Both the position numbers and the translations under genes were made by a program. A stretch of DNA of 64,000 nucleotides from Eledone cirrhosa. Taxonomy: Eukaryota. Location of the stretch: contig OZ024741.1 of NCBI GenBank assembly GCA_964016885.1, positions 48,546,001 to 48,610,000 on the forward strand, read 5' to 3'. Of the stretch, positions 1 to 14,460 are shown one piece after another. Within the stretch, counting starts at the first letter, position 1. Each line of letters begins with the position of its first letter. The notes beneath the pieces were generated by a model that saw nothing but the letters and a program-made list of their open reading frames with translations, searched no databases and was not told the DNA's origin.

Positions 1-2282
1 ACATACATATATATATATACATATACATATATATATATATACATGTACATACATATATAATATACATATACATACATATATATATATACATATACATACA
101 TATATATATATACATATACATACATATATATATATACATATACATACATATATATATATACATATACATACATATATATATATACATATACATACATATA
201 TATATATATACATACATATATATATATACATATACATACATATATATATATACATATACATACATATATATATATACATATACATACATATATATATATA
301 CATATACATACATATATATATATACATATACATACATATATATATATACATATACATACATATATATATATACATATACATACATATATATATATACATA
401 TACATACATATATATATATATACATATACATACATATATATATATATACATATACATACATATATATAATATACATATACATATATATATATATACATAT
501 ACATACATATATATATATATACATATACATACATATATATATATACATATACATACATATATATATATACATATACATACATATATATATATACATATAC
601 ATACATATATATATATAAATATACATACATATATATATATACATATACATACATACCTATACATACATATATATATATACATATACATACATATATATAT
701 ATACATATACATACATATATATATACATATACATACATATATATATATACATATACATACATATATATATATACATATACATACATATATATATATACAT
801 ATACATACATATATATATATACATATACATACATATATATATACATATACATACATATATATATATACATATACATACATATATATATATACATATACAT
901 ACATATATATATATACATACATATATATATATACATATACATACATATATATATATACATATACATACATATATATATATACATATACATATATATATAT
1001 ACATATACATACATATATATATATACATATACATACATATATATATATACATATACATACATATATATATATACATATACATACATATATATATATACAT
1101 ATACATACATATATATATATACATATACATACATATATATATATACATATACATACATATATATATATACATATACATACATATATATATACATATACAT
1201 ACATATATATATATACATATACATACATATATATATATACATATACATACATATATATATATACATATACATACATATATATATATACATATACATACAT
1301 ATATATATATACATATACATACATATATATATATACATATACATACATATATATATATAATATACATAACATACATATATATATATACATATACATACAT
1401 ATATATATATACATATACATACATATATATATATACATATACATACATATATATATATACATATACATACATATATATATATACATATACATACATATAT
1501 ATATATACATATACATACATATATATATATACATATACATACATATATATATATACATATACATACATATATATATATACATATACATACATATATATAT
1601 ATACATATACATACATATATATATATACATATACATACATATATATACATACATATACATACATATATATACATACATATACATACATTATATACATACA
1701 TATACATACATATATATACATACATACATATATATATATACATATACATACATACATATATATACATACATACATATATATATATACATACTATATACAT
1801 ACATATATATATATACATACATATATACATATACATACATATACATACATATTACATACATATATATATACATATACATACATATATATACATATACATA
1901 CATATATACATATACATACATATATACATATACATATACATACATATATACATATATATATATATACATATACATACATATATATATACATATACATACA
2001 TATATATACATATACATACATATATATACATATACATACATATATACATATACATACATATACATACATATACATACATATCATACATACATACATATAT
2101 ATACATATATATACATATACATACATATATATATACATACATATATACATACATATATATACATATACATACATATATACATACATATATATACATATAC
2201 ATACATATATACATACATATATATATATACATACATATACATACATATACATACATATACATACATATATATATATACATAC

Positions 2283-2329
<47 letters not shown>

Positions 2330-3418
2330 CATATATATACATATACATATATATACATATACATATATATACATACATATATATATACATATACATACAT
2401 ATATATATACATATACATACATATATATATATACATATACATACATATACATACATATATATATACATATACATACATATATATATATACATATACATAC
2501 ATATATATATATATACATATACATACATATACATACATATATATATATATACATATACATATACATACATATACATACATATATATATACATATACATAC
2601 ATATATACATATACATACATATATATATACATATACATACATATATACATATACATACATATATATATACATATACATACATATATATATACATATACAT
2701 ACATATATATATATACATATACATACATATATATATATACATATACATACATATATATATATACATATACATACATATATATATATACATATACATACAT
2801 ATATATATATACATATACATACATATATATATATACATATACATACATATATATATATACATATACATACATATATATATATACATACATATATATATAC
2901 ATATATATATATACATACATATATATATATACATATACATACATATATATATATACATACATATATATATATACATATACATACATATATATATATATAC
3001 ATACATATATATATATACATATACATACATATATATATATACATACATATATATATACATATACATACATATATATATATACATATACATACATATATAT
3101 ATATACATATACATACATATACATATATACATATACATATACATACATATACATATATACATATACATATACATATATACATATACATATACATATATAT
3201 ATATACATATACATATACATATATACATATACATATATATATATACATATACATATATACATATACATATATACATATACATATATACATATACATATAT
3301 ACATATACATATATACATATACATATACATATATACATATACATATACATATATACATATACATATATACATATACATATATATGTACATATACATATAT
3401 ATGTACATATACATATAC

Positions 3419-3471
<53 letters not shown>

Positions 3472-3620
3472 TATACATATACATATATATACATATATAT
3501 ACATATACATATATATATATATACATATATATACATATACATATATATACATATACATATATATACATATACATATATATACATATACATATATATATAT
3601 ATACATATACATATACATAC

Positions 3621-3651
<31 letters not shown>

Positions 3652-3700
3652 CATATATATACATATATATATATATACATATACATATACATATATATAC

Positions 3701-3731
<31 letters not shown>

Positions 3732-3798
3732 CATATACATATACATATATATACATATATATATATATACATATACATATATATATATATACATATAC

Positions 3799-3863
<65 letters not shown>

Positions 3864-4212
3864 CATATATATACATATACATATATATATACACATATAT
3901 ATACATATATATATACACATATATATACATATATATATACACATATATATACATATATATATACATATATATATACATATACATATACACATATATATAC
4001 ATATACACATATATATACATATACATATACACATATATATACATATATATATACATATACATATACATATATATATATATACATACATATATATATATAC
4101 ATACATACATATATATATACATACATATATATATATATACATACATACATACACATACATATATACATACATACATATATATATATATACATATATACAT
4201 ACACATATATAT
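1..4212. repeat. Complex AT/CA microsatellite (CATA, CATATA and (TA)n units), with a frequent compound unit CATATACATACATATATATATATA (24 bp)
   Basis: Almost pure alternating purine-pyrimidine sequence read directly. The + strand has A/T/C and essentially no G. The tract runs off the left edge of the window. Confidence 0.98.
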
Positions 4213-4818
4213 GGTGGCTGCCAACTCGTTTTCGAGTACGGCCACTACTTTATATCCATGTAGGAGAACCCCTACCGATGCGCTGAATGAGTGACTTTTT
4301 AGTACAGCCAGCGACTTGAAAACTCTGGTACAAACATTACACTTGTGACAATTATTGACACATAGTGCTGGGCCCATGGTACCATGTGACGACAAGTGCA
4401 AAGAGATCTCCAGATATAAAGCAATGCCTGTGCCGCGAAGCTTTTATAGTGAGCAAAGGCACTGCACAAAGCCAGTCCCACTCTCTTAACCAAGATGATA
4501 TTTACCAAAAAGAAGAACAAATCAACATCATTGGATACCATCAGGGTTGCAGGTGTTATATCAGAGTTTTCCTTCTCCTAGAATTCTGCCTTGACAAAGG
4601 CTAAGGGGTCATCTCTCCAGGTGATTTTGGATGGCCATTGACTCTTAAGAGCTCCTTTGCCCTTTGACAGGTTTTGTTTTTAGTCCTGCAGGATGTCCAA
4701 AGTCACCCTCCTCACCAAGAAACCTTGGTGGGGTTGCCAGTTTAGTCGCCAACGACCCGACCATGACATAGGTTGTACTGGGATACATGTTACCAGTAGC
4801 ACCAGCTGGTGACCTGAC
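4213..4818 (-). mobile_element. Non-autonomous, internally deleted (bipartite) RTE-clade LINE derivative: 5'UTR joined to the extreme 3' end
   Basis: The minus strand has a structured 5' region and the motif GGAGAAGGAAAACTCTGA (~4561-4578), which I recognise from RTE 5'UTRs. Near ~4400 it switches to a C-terminal zinc-finger remnant HLSSH...[20 protein letters not shown], followed by a short 3'UTR running into a (TA/TG)n tail. No RT or APE coding sequence lies between the two parts. Confidence 0.7.
4737..4814 (-). ncRNA. Putative (partly degenerate) HDV-like self-cleaving ribozyme at the 5' end of the RTE derivative
   Basis: Folded by eye on the minus strand: P1 GGUCAC with (C)AUGGUC (imperfect); a J1/2 hairpin; P2 CCAGU/ACUGG; P3 AC(A)/(U)GU enclosing a CC-containing loop; P1.1 CC/GG; P4 GUCG-UUGG-CGAC; J4/2 C-U-A-A just before P2'. 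The order of elements matches the nested double pseudoknot. Confidence 0.55.
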
Positions 4819-4947
4819 ATATATATATACATACATATATACATATATATACATATATATACATACATATACATATATATACATACATATATACATACAT
4901 ATACATACATATACATACATATATATATACATACATATATACACATA
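4819..4947. repeat. (TA/CA)n microsatellite
   Basis: Read directly. Confidence 0.97.
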
Positions 4948-5288
4948 TTTCATCATTCATTTCATTTTACGTTCGCTTTTTCCCTGCTTGCAAGGGTGGG
5001 ACGGGAACTGATTCTGGCTTGATTCCTACAGCTGGATGCCCTTCCTAACACCAACCTCATTTACAGTGAGTGCAGGGTGCTTTTTTGCCGTGGCACCTCC
5101 ACGTCCACTTTGCAGTGGAATGATATGGACCCCAGTCCCTATCATCTCATTTCTACAGCTGAGTAAACTGGAGCAATGTGAAATAAAGTGTCTTGCTCAA
5201 GGAAACAACACATCACCCGGTCTGAGAATTGAACTCACAACCTTTCGATTGCAAGGCCAATGCTCTAACCACTAAGCCATGTGCCTCC
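4948..5288 (-). mobile_element. Full-length tRNA-derived SINE (copy 1 of the inverted pair)
   Basis: Minus strand begins GGAGGCACATGGCTTAGTGGTTAGAGC (A box) and continues GAGTTCAATTC (B-box-like). It then has a CCTTGAGCAAGACACTT central motif, a TTAGGAAGGGCATCCAGCTGTAG motif (Meta-domain-like) and an (AATG/ATG)n tail. Confidence 0.9.
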
Positions 5289-5576
5289 ATACATATATAT
5301 ACATATATACACATATATACACATATATATACACATATATACATATACATATATATACACATATATATACATATATATACATATACACACATATATATAC
5401 ATATATATATACATATATATACATATATATATACATATATATACATATATATATATACATATATATACATATATATACATATATATATACATATATATAT
5501 ACATATATATATACATATATATATACATATATATATACATATATATATACATATATATACATATATATATATATAT
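5289..5576. repeat. (TA/CA)n microsatellite spacer between the inverted SINEs
   Basis: Read directly. Confidence 0.97.
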
Positions 5577-5919
5577 GGAGGCACATGGCTTAGTGGTTAG
5601 AGCATTGGCCTTGCAATCGAAAGGTTGTGAGTTCAATTCTCAGACCGGGTGGTGTGTTGTTTCCTTGAGCAAGACACTTTATTTCACATTGCTCCAGTTT
5701 ACTCAGCTGTAGAAATGAGATGATAGAGACTGAGGTCCTTATCATTCCACTGCAAAGTGGTCGTGTAGGTGCCACGGCAAAAAAGCACCCAGCACTCACT
5801 GTAAATGAGGTTGGTGTTAGGAAGGGCATCCAGCTGTAGAAATCAAGCCAGTATCAGTTCCCGTCCCACCCTTGCAAGCAGGGAAAAGCGGACGTAAAAT
5901 GAAATGATGAAATGATGAT
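5577..5919 (+). mobile_element. Full-length tRNA-derived SINE (copy 2 of the inverted pair)
   Basis: Reverse complement of 4948-5288 with about 10 substitutions and 1 indel outside the tail (manual alignment). It has the same A/B boxes and a GAAATGATGAAATGATGA tail. Confidence 0.9.
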
Positions 5920-8243
<2,324 letters not shown>

Positions 8244-8329
8244 TGTGTCGATGGGGCCGTAGGGGCACTTTAAACTGGGCGGAGCGCATCCGTTCTCCAG
8301 ATGTGAACAGCCAATATAGTATCTTTACA

Positions 8330-8455
8330 TGTTCTGCTTAAAGAAATCGATAAAATAAATACTAGGATCGATACGATCGATTAGATTCCTCAAAGGCGAT
8401 GTTCTAGAATGGACGCAATCTATTGATTTGAAACTAATAATAATAAAAAAAAATT
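8330..8455 (+). mobile_element. Highly decayed SINE 3' fragment
   Basis: TCGATAAAATAAATACTAG...GATCGAT resembles the GTCGATAAAATAG...GATCGAT segment of the SINE at 16571-16792. It ends in an A-rich tail. Confidence 0.45.
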
Positions 8456-8969
8456 AGAATATGTATGTAATGTGTGAAAGTAAAAACTACATAATGTGAT
8501 ATATACAAAATTGTAAAAGAAATAGAAGTATATTATCTTAAAATAAGTATTTAAGGTTTTTTTTTATTGGGGAAAAATATCAGATTGATAGATAAATGGG
8601 TAAATTTGTACAATTACTCCCGTCACACGTTGAAGGTGAAATTCAAGTTTTTCTTGAGGTTTTGTGTGTTTTGACTTTCAAAACAAACAGAATAATTATC
8701 GAAGACCGCATTAGTTCAAAACATTTAAAACAAAAAACAGTAGCGAAAATAAATTTAATCTCCAAAGCGAAACCGGTATAATATTAATTTCCGAACCTGA
8801 GAACTCTAAGAGTACCCCAACACCCCCCAGTTAACTAAAAAAAATAATAATAATTTACAAGTTTTAATCGTTCAAAACATCAAAAACTAGAACGAAAACA
8901 AACTTTCTCTCTAAAACGATACAGGTGTATTTATAAAAAATATTCAAAACCACCTTAAGAAACGAGAGA

Positions 8970-9140
8970 CCTGTATGTGGTAGCTCCACATCGAGAAATA
9001 TCAGTCAAATGTCCCTTAATCACACTCCCAAAGACTTAAAAACGAAAGGACACGTTAGACAATTTATTTCCTGGTATACAAAAAAGGCAAAGAAAGAATC
9101 GAGAAGATGACTATGATCATGGTTCTGATGATTTTGGACT
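8970..9140 (+). repeat. Decayed copy of a short interspersed repeat family (related copies at ~10400-10545 + and ~10680-10790 -)
   Basis: Shared motif series GAAATA.CAG.CAAAT.TC.CT.AATCACA...GACAC.TT.GA.AAT across the three loci. Confidence 0.45.
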
Positions 9141-9199
9141 AAATAACAAAGAACACTAGCTTGTAATTTCCAGATGTGGAATCACAGAGATCCGTCCTT

Positions 9200-9780
9200 T
9201 CATTCATCTCTTTCACAACCTTCTCACACTTCTTCAAAACACACACAACCTCGTCACATTCATATCCACCCATTATTCTTCATACACAGCTCACAACTCA
9301 GTCACCTAGAAATTTAGTCCCAAAACTAAACCTTTGCTAAACCCACTAGTCTCCCTTTGTTACCAACAACACCAGGGAATATCAAATATACACAACCACA
9401 TTCAACAACATAAATATACCTCATTCACAAAGAAAACAATTTTAATCCCAGAATTATATACAAGGCCTTCACAGCACCCAGAGAAAAATTATGCGCAAAA
9501 ATACTTATTGCATTCATAGGCACCACATTTGACCAACGGAAAAAAATTAAAACAGTCTACATAAAATACATAATGTACTATGATAGTCCTGCCTGGGCCT
9601 TCAATCAATGCCCAATAACACCTGGATACTATTACATCAAAGCCGTAGTAACACCAAACGCCGAGCTGGGTTGCCAACATTAAGTGCAGAGCTTAAATGC
9701 AGAGCAAGAGAAACCAGTCAACCTGTCCACAGACCATCTTCATGGTTAACAGACGTACAGAAAGAGGCAGGGCAATAATA
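9200..9780 (+). pseudogene. Decayed LINE fragment (RT thumb / C-terminal region, I-group/Ingi/Jockey-like)
   Basis: A + frame at ~9498-9683 reads KILIAFIGTTFDQRKKIKTVYIKYIMYYDSPAW...ELGC. This matches the LINE motif L.GT.(W/F)G...L...Y...I....Y....W. The flanks are CA-rich as in LINE coding strands, with frameshifts and stops. Confidence 0.5.
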
Positions 9781-9942
9781 GAAAGAGGGTGTGTGTGTAT
9801 GTGTGTAAAAAGTCCTGGTTGTCTCATTACACCCCAAACACTTCATCATTGCCTGTGAAGGTGTGCAGTATGGTCCTCGGGTAGACAGAGACATGATATA
9901 ACTGGCAAAAAAGATCTAAGCCGCATCTAGTCGTTATGCTTA

Positions 9943-10309
9943 CTAGCAGAAAAACCAGCCTTCATGTGGTTTTCTGCTAGCATGTGTAATGTCTATATTG
10001 ATATTATACGCAGGTATATATGATCAAATAAAATCGTAATTGACAATATCCACAGAAATTGAACGAAGATATAAACTGCATAAGGAGAAAATTAGTATGT
10101 TTATTTAAGCGATGGCCAAGCGGAAGTGTTGATATTTCAGAAATTTTAAAGAAGTGAATCTATTTAATGAACAGCCACGAAATTTAGTAGATAAATTATG
10201 TAATATTCATTCATTATTTATTCAAAGTAATCCAACTTATTTTACTAATGGGATAAAAAAATTATAAACCGTACGCAGTCCCGCGCTCCTTACTTTATTA
10301 TAGTTTAGA
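9943..10309 (-). mobile_element. Probable non-autonomous Helitron (~367 bp)
   Basis: The minus strand starts A|TCTAAACTATAATAAAG and ends in a subterminal hairpin plus CTAG|T. This is the canonical 5'-TC...CTRR-3' structure inserted between A and T with no TSD. Confidence 0.55.
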
Positions 10310-10399
10310 TTACTTATCTTCGTGGTATAGAACTGGTCGATCCGAGCTGACATGGAGCTACACAAATTAATCCATCAGTCAACAAGGTAGCATGTGGGC

Positions 10400-10545
10400 T
10401 GTCGCTTGATTTGCTAGAAATAAGAGCCAGATATCTCTCAAACCAGACCATAAAAAATACACATTGGATAATGCAGTCCTAATACGATTCCCAGAAGAAG
10501 AAAACATGCCAATCTACCATTGTTGTTGGAACTGCTAAAATAATT
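10400..10545 (+). repeat. Decayed short interspersed repeat copy
   Basis: GCTTGATTTGCTAGAAATAAGAGCCAGATATCTCTCAAACCAGACC matches the reverse complement of ~10740-10790. Confidence 0.55.
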
Positions 10546-10679
10546 AAATCACACCATGTTAATAAGGAAAAAAAACGACAAGTTTATGGGTGGCACACAT
10601 TTGCTCATGGGTTTTTTTAATGTGGGTAAACAACATCTCGCAGTAAAAAAATTCAATTTTTTTAATCCCAAATTTCCTC

Positions 10680-10790
10680 TGATCAAGGCAGAGAACCGGC
10701 GTTCTAGCAACAATCATCCTGTTATATTTTGCCGTTAGTAGGGTATGTGATTTGAGAGCATATGGGCTGCTATTTCTAGCAAGTCGAGCA
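10680..10790 (-). repeat. Decayed short interspersed repeat copy, inverted relative to 10400-10545
   Basis: Minus strand reads GCTCGACTTGCTAGAAATAGCAGCCCATATGCTCTCAAATCACATACC. Confidence 0.55.
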
Positions 10791-11689
10791 ATCATAATAA
10801 CAATCACATCTTCAATGCATGACAAAACCAAACAAGTAGAGAAAAGAAACAAAAATAGCTCCAGACTAACGCTCGAATGGTTGTATACTTTAGGGGTTGT
10901 AGTATCTGTCACCTTTTCATATTTAATCATTTCTAAGTGAAAGCTTTCATTCAATTTTAATAAAAGAAAAATCAAAAGAGGCCGTAAGGAAAATAAAGGT
11001 TAATTAACCATAACACTATAGTCAAAGAGTGTCTCTCGTTTCAGTTATATATCTTTTTGTACTAAGACATGTATAACTGGATAATCCATCCGTCATAAGA
11101 TAGGGAGGGACAATGGGGTTAAATTCACAGGAGAGGGATCAGACATTTTGTGAATAGGCGAATAGTTGTGTGCACATGTTTATCCCTACGAGTCAATTTT
11201 TTTCTGAATATTTTTGTTTATTGGATTCTATATCTGAGTATGTTTACATTATTCTGTAATTGTATGCATCTTTCAATATATATCATCAGCATGTGCGTCA
11301 GTATTTGTAAAACTGTGTGTACGTACAATGAGTAAACCATTTAACTGTTTACTTTTGTAACTATTTATATGGGTATGTGGAATATAACTATGTAGCACTG
11401 AAAATAAAATGATCCTTGGAAAAGATGACAATAGATATTTGTTTCTTTTATGAATAAAATAATATTTAGAAAAAACTTTCCGTGAAACTGAATAAGACTA
11501 GTAATATGCACCCGTGTTAAGTCAGCAAGTTAGGCAGTTATCAATATAGCTTTTCATCTATCTTTCAGATATTTCAAGATATACACCCGTCACATCTATT
11601 TATCTATCATTAAGTCTAGCAATCTAACTAGGTATACAGGCATGTCTAATACTGAATCTATATAAATACTAATTTATCAAGCCATCGAT

Positions 11690-12078
11690 TCATCTATCTG
11701 TCTATATCTCCAGTTATCAATCCATCCATCCGTCTGTCTATATCTACAGTTATTAACCCATCCATCTATCTGTCTGTCTATATCTCCAGTTATCAATTCA
11801 CCCATTCATCTATCTGTCTGTCTGTATCTCCAGTTATCAATACATCCATTTATCTATCTGTCTATCCAGTTATCACTCCATCCATTCATCTGTCTAAATT
11901 TCCAGTTATAACTCCATCCATCCATCCTTGTGTGTCTCTCTATCCATAAATCCAGTTATCACTCCACCCATCCATCTATCTGTCTATCCATCCGTCCATC
12001 CATATCTCCAGTTATCACTCCATCCATCCATCTATCTGTGTCTCTCCATATCTCCAGTTATTAATTCATTCAGTTACC
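11690..12078. repeat. Minisatellite of about 9 units of 32-60 bp with a conserved TCCAGTTAT core and variable (CCAT)/(CTAT)/(CTGT) tetranucleotide filler
   Basis: CAGTTAT recurs at ~11711, 11747, 11787, 11831, 11867, 11903, 11954, 12009 and 12055. Confidence 0.9.
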
Positions 12079-13595
12079 ACTATTTCTTTTACGCAACCAG
12101 ATAACTATTTTAATAATTTCACCCGAAGATGGAATCATAACGTTTAAAAATCTTTAATCGAAAATGAGAAGTTGAAGCGTGTATGCCTTTATCAAGAGTA
12201 TTTATTACTGACATAAAATATCTAAAAGGTTTTCATATGGAGCTGGAATCTATTTGTAAACTTTGTTCACTGAACACACAAAAACCCTAAATTCTGAGGG
12301 AGACAGAGAGAAGAGAGGGGATAATATTTACAACTTTGTCCAAAGAATCTGCTGCATAATTCAACCGTGAATCGAAACCACAATGCCGAATAAACTCACC
12401 GATTGTGAACGTCTGTCTGTCTGTCTTGACAATCATTTTTTTTTAAATGAAAAAAACCACAACTATTTTCCTAAATAGCTAGATCATTTTTACACTAATT
12501 ATTTATTACTGGTAATTTCTTTTAGACAGCGCAATAAATAAAGCCAATCAAATACAGCCCGAACAACCGTAGTTGAATATGATGAAATAAGTACCAAAAT
12601 TAGGTGGGTACTGAATTAGAGGTACCGGTAGCATAGTGCTCTCTCGTGTTAGCTAGCAGAGAGGTATGTCTGTCTTTAAATCCATACATTGTCCAAAACG
12701 GTACAAGACCTCAGACTTTATTTAGAGAGAAAAAACATTACAAGAAATTAGTGTCATGAGATGGATAGTTCCAATATCAGAATCAATAGAAACCATCTCG
12801 CAGACTCGATTGCGTCGTCTCTACGGTGCTCGCTAGTTTAATGATAACAAAAAAGATACGATGAGAATAAAATTGTGTGTGTGTGTGGGAGGGGGGTTAT
12901 GCATTGTTATTAGTTCTTTCTTTATTTACTGAATTAGAAAGCAAATCTTCTGAATTATATCGGAATCACTTTAAAATGTGTTCACAATAGTTTGGTAGTT
13001 CTCAGTTCTTTCTTGAAGAAAGAGATGCTAGGGTATTAATTTAGTGTATTTATTATTAGTGAAATTAGTAGCTTCAACTGGCTATTGAAACTAGGGTGTC
13101 AACTTGTTTCGCCGGTAACGCCACGCTGCAAGCTGTATAAAATATTTAACGATCGTAATAATAGTAATTCCGTCATACATTTTTTTTTTAATGTTATGTG
13201 CTTTCATTAATTTAAATGGCTTAATGGCTTCAAATAATTTGGTATGGTGATAAAAGAAATGTTACGTTTAAATAGAAAGCAGGGTGTGCGTTATACAAAA
13301 ATAATGTAATAAAAGCTAAATATTAAATCTATATCTTTCAAAAATTCCTCCTCTTTTTATATATTTCATTACTATATTGTAATATTGCTACGTTATTTTT
13401 GTAGTTATGTTAAAACCTAAATTAATGTAGTGAAGAATACAAATGACAACACAGGAGGTAAATAAATATTTTCAAAAAAATTATTTCAGAATGTAAATGA
13501 TGAATAAAGAGCGTAATTAATTTCTTATGGACGTCAATAACAATCATGCTATAAAGAAAACAGAATCTGTTAATTAAATCAAACCATGAAATTTT

Positions 13596-14460
13596 CTTAC
13601 CTCTGTCCGGAAAACAAAATAAAAATGTTATCAGTTAATCGCCGCCTAGGCAAAGTGAATGAAGTATGCAAGTGTATGTGTAATAAATATATCGGTTTAG
13701 TGTGATGATGAAAAGAGAGACAACAAACAGTTTTACGTCTGCTCACGAACGAAGCTTGTCTGTTGTCGCTAGAGTTTATAAAATTATCTCCCTTTGATTC
13801 GCTAGCCTGGAAGACGTTTTTGTTCTTTTTCTCTCTCTACGTCTTTTTAAACAATTTTTCTATTGGTCACCAGACGGCGGTGTAAGCAACGTAATTCTAC
13901 GTCTCCATTATTTTAGCCTTTTTTCTTTTATTTTAAAACCGCATTAGTTAATTAATTGTTCAAGAAATGATCTCAGTTTAATTAATAATATTTTTTATTT
14001 ATAAAACAACTCTTTTTTTTCTTTATTCTAAACTCTCTCAGCTGATTTCTTTACTTTCTTAAGCATCTTTTTTAAAATCATTCTACACCAATCCACAAAT
14101 TTATGAAGTATGGAAAATGAGACTTGGAAGTTTCTTAAATCTTTTTCGGGGTTATTAGTGACCCAATTAAAATGAAATGTCTATAACCGGGAATCGAAAC
14201 CAGTTGACAGCCTTATCACTAATCTACAGCATCGTCACTGGCCCAATTATAACTATTATTAAAAACTGACAGTGAGTTAGAGCGCTCGGCTAACTTTATA
14301 GTGCTTGGTTTCGTCCCTCGACTTTCTCAATAAAAATCTTGCCTTGATTGGCTTGTTTCCTTCAGGTGTCGCTAAAGTAACGAAACGTTTCTCGGAAATA
14401 TTTCAATTGGCTCGAGTATACTTTCGTCTTATAACAGTTTTGCTTCAGCTTGATTCATCT
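13596..14460. promoter_or_regulatory. Possible promoter / first-exon region
   Basis: Locally more CpG than the flanks. Three minus-strand CCAAT boxes (ATTGG at 13862, 14347 in an AGCCAATCA context, and 14406). A minus-strand splice-donor consensus AG|GTAAG at ~13596-13603. This is motif evidence only. Confidence 0.3.

Noticed and set aside
60-3100. Shared 24-bp period between the microsatellite compound unit and the large satellite
   Set aside because: The two units have no sequence similarity, so I treat the match as coincidence.
5577-5650. tRNA gene (and its inverted copy at ~5215-5288)
   Set aside because: A and B boxes are present, but the acceptor stem does not pair cleanly and the sequence continues into a SINE body and tail.
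9936-9984. Pre-miRNA or intrinsic terminator hairpin
   Set aside because: The stem is too short for a pre-miRNA and the context is not prokaryotic. It is better explained as the Helitron-like 3' end.
11690-12078. CRISPR-like repeat/spacer appearance
   Set aside because: The spacers are low-complexity and related to each other, the core is only about 10 bp, the context is eukaryotic and there are no cas genes.
12405-12837. Second Helitron/Helentron-like element (CTGT repeats near the start, CpG-rich end with CTAG|T at 12833-12837)
   Set aside because: There is no clear 5' TC terminus and only a weak subterminal hairpin. It cannot be supported without homologous copies.
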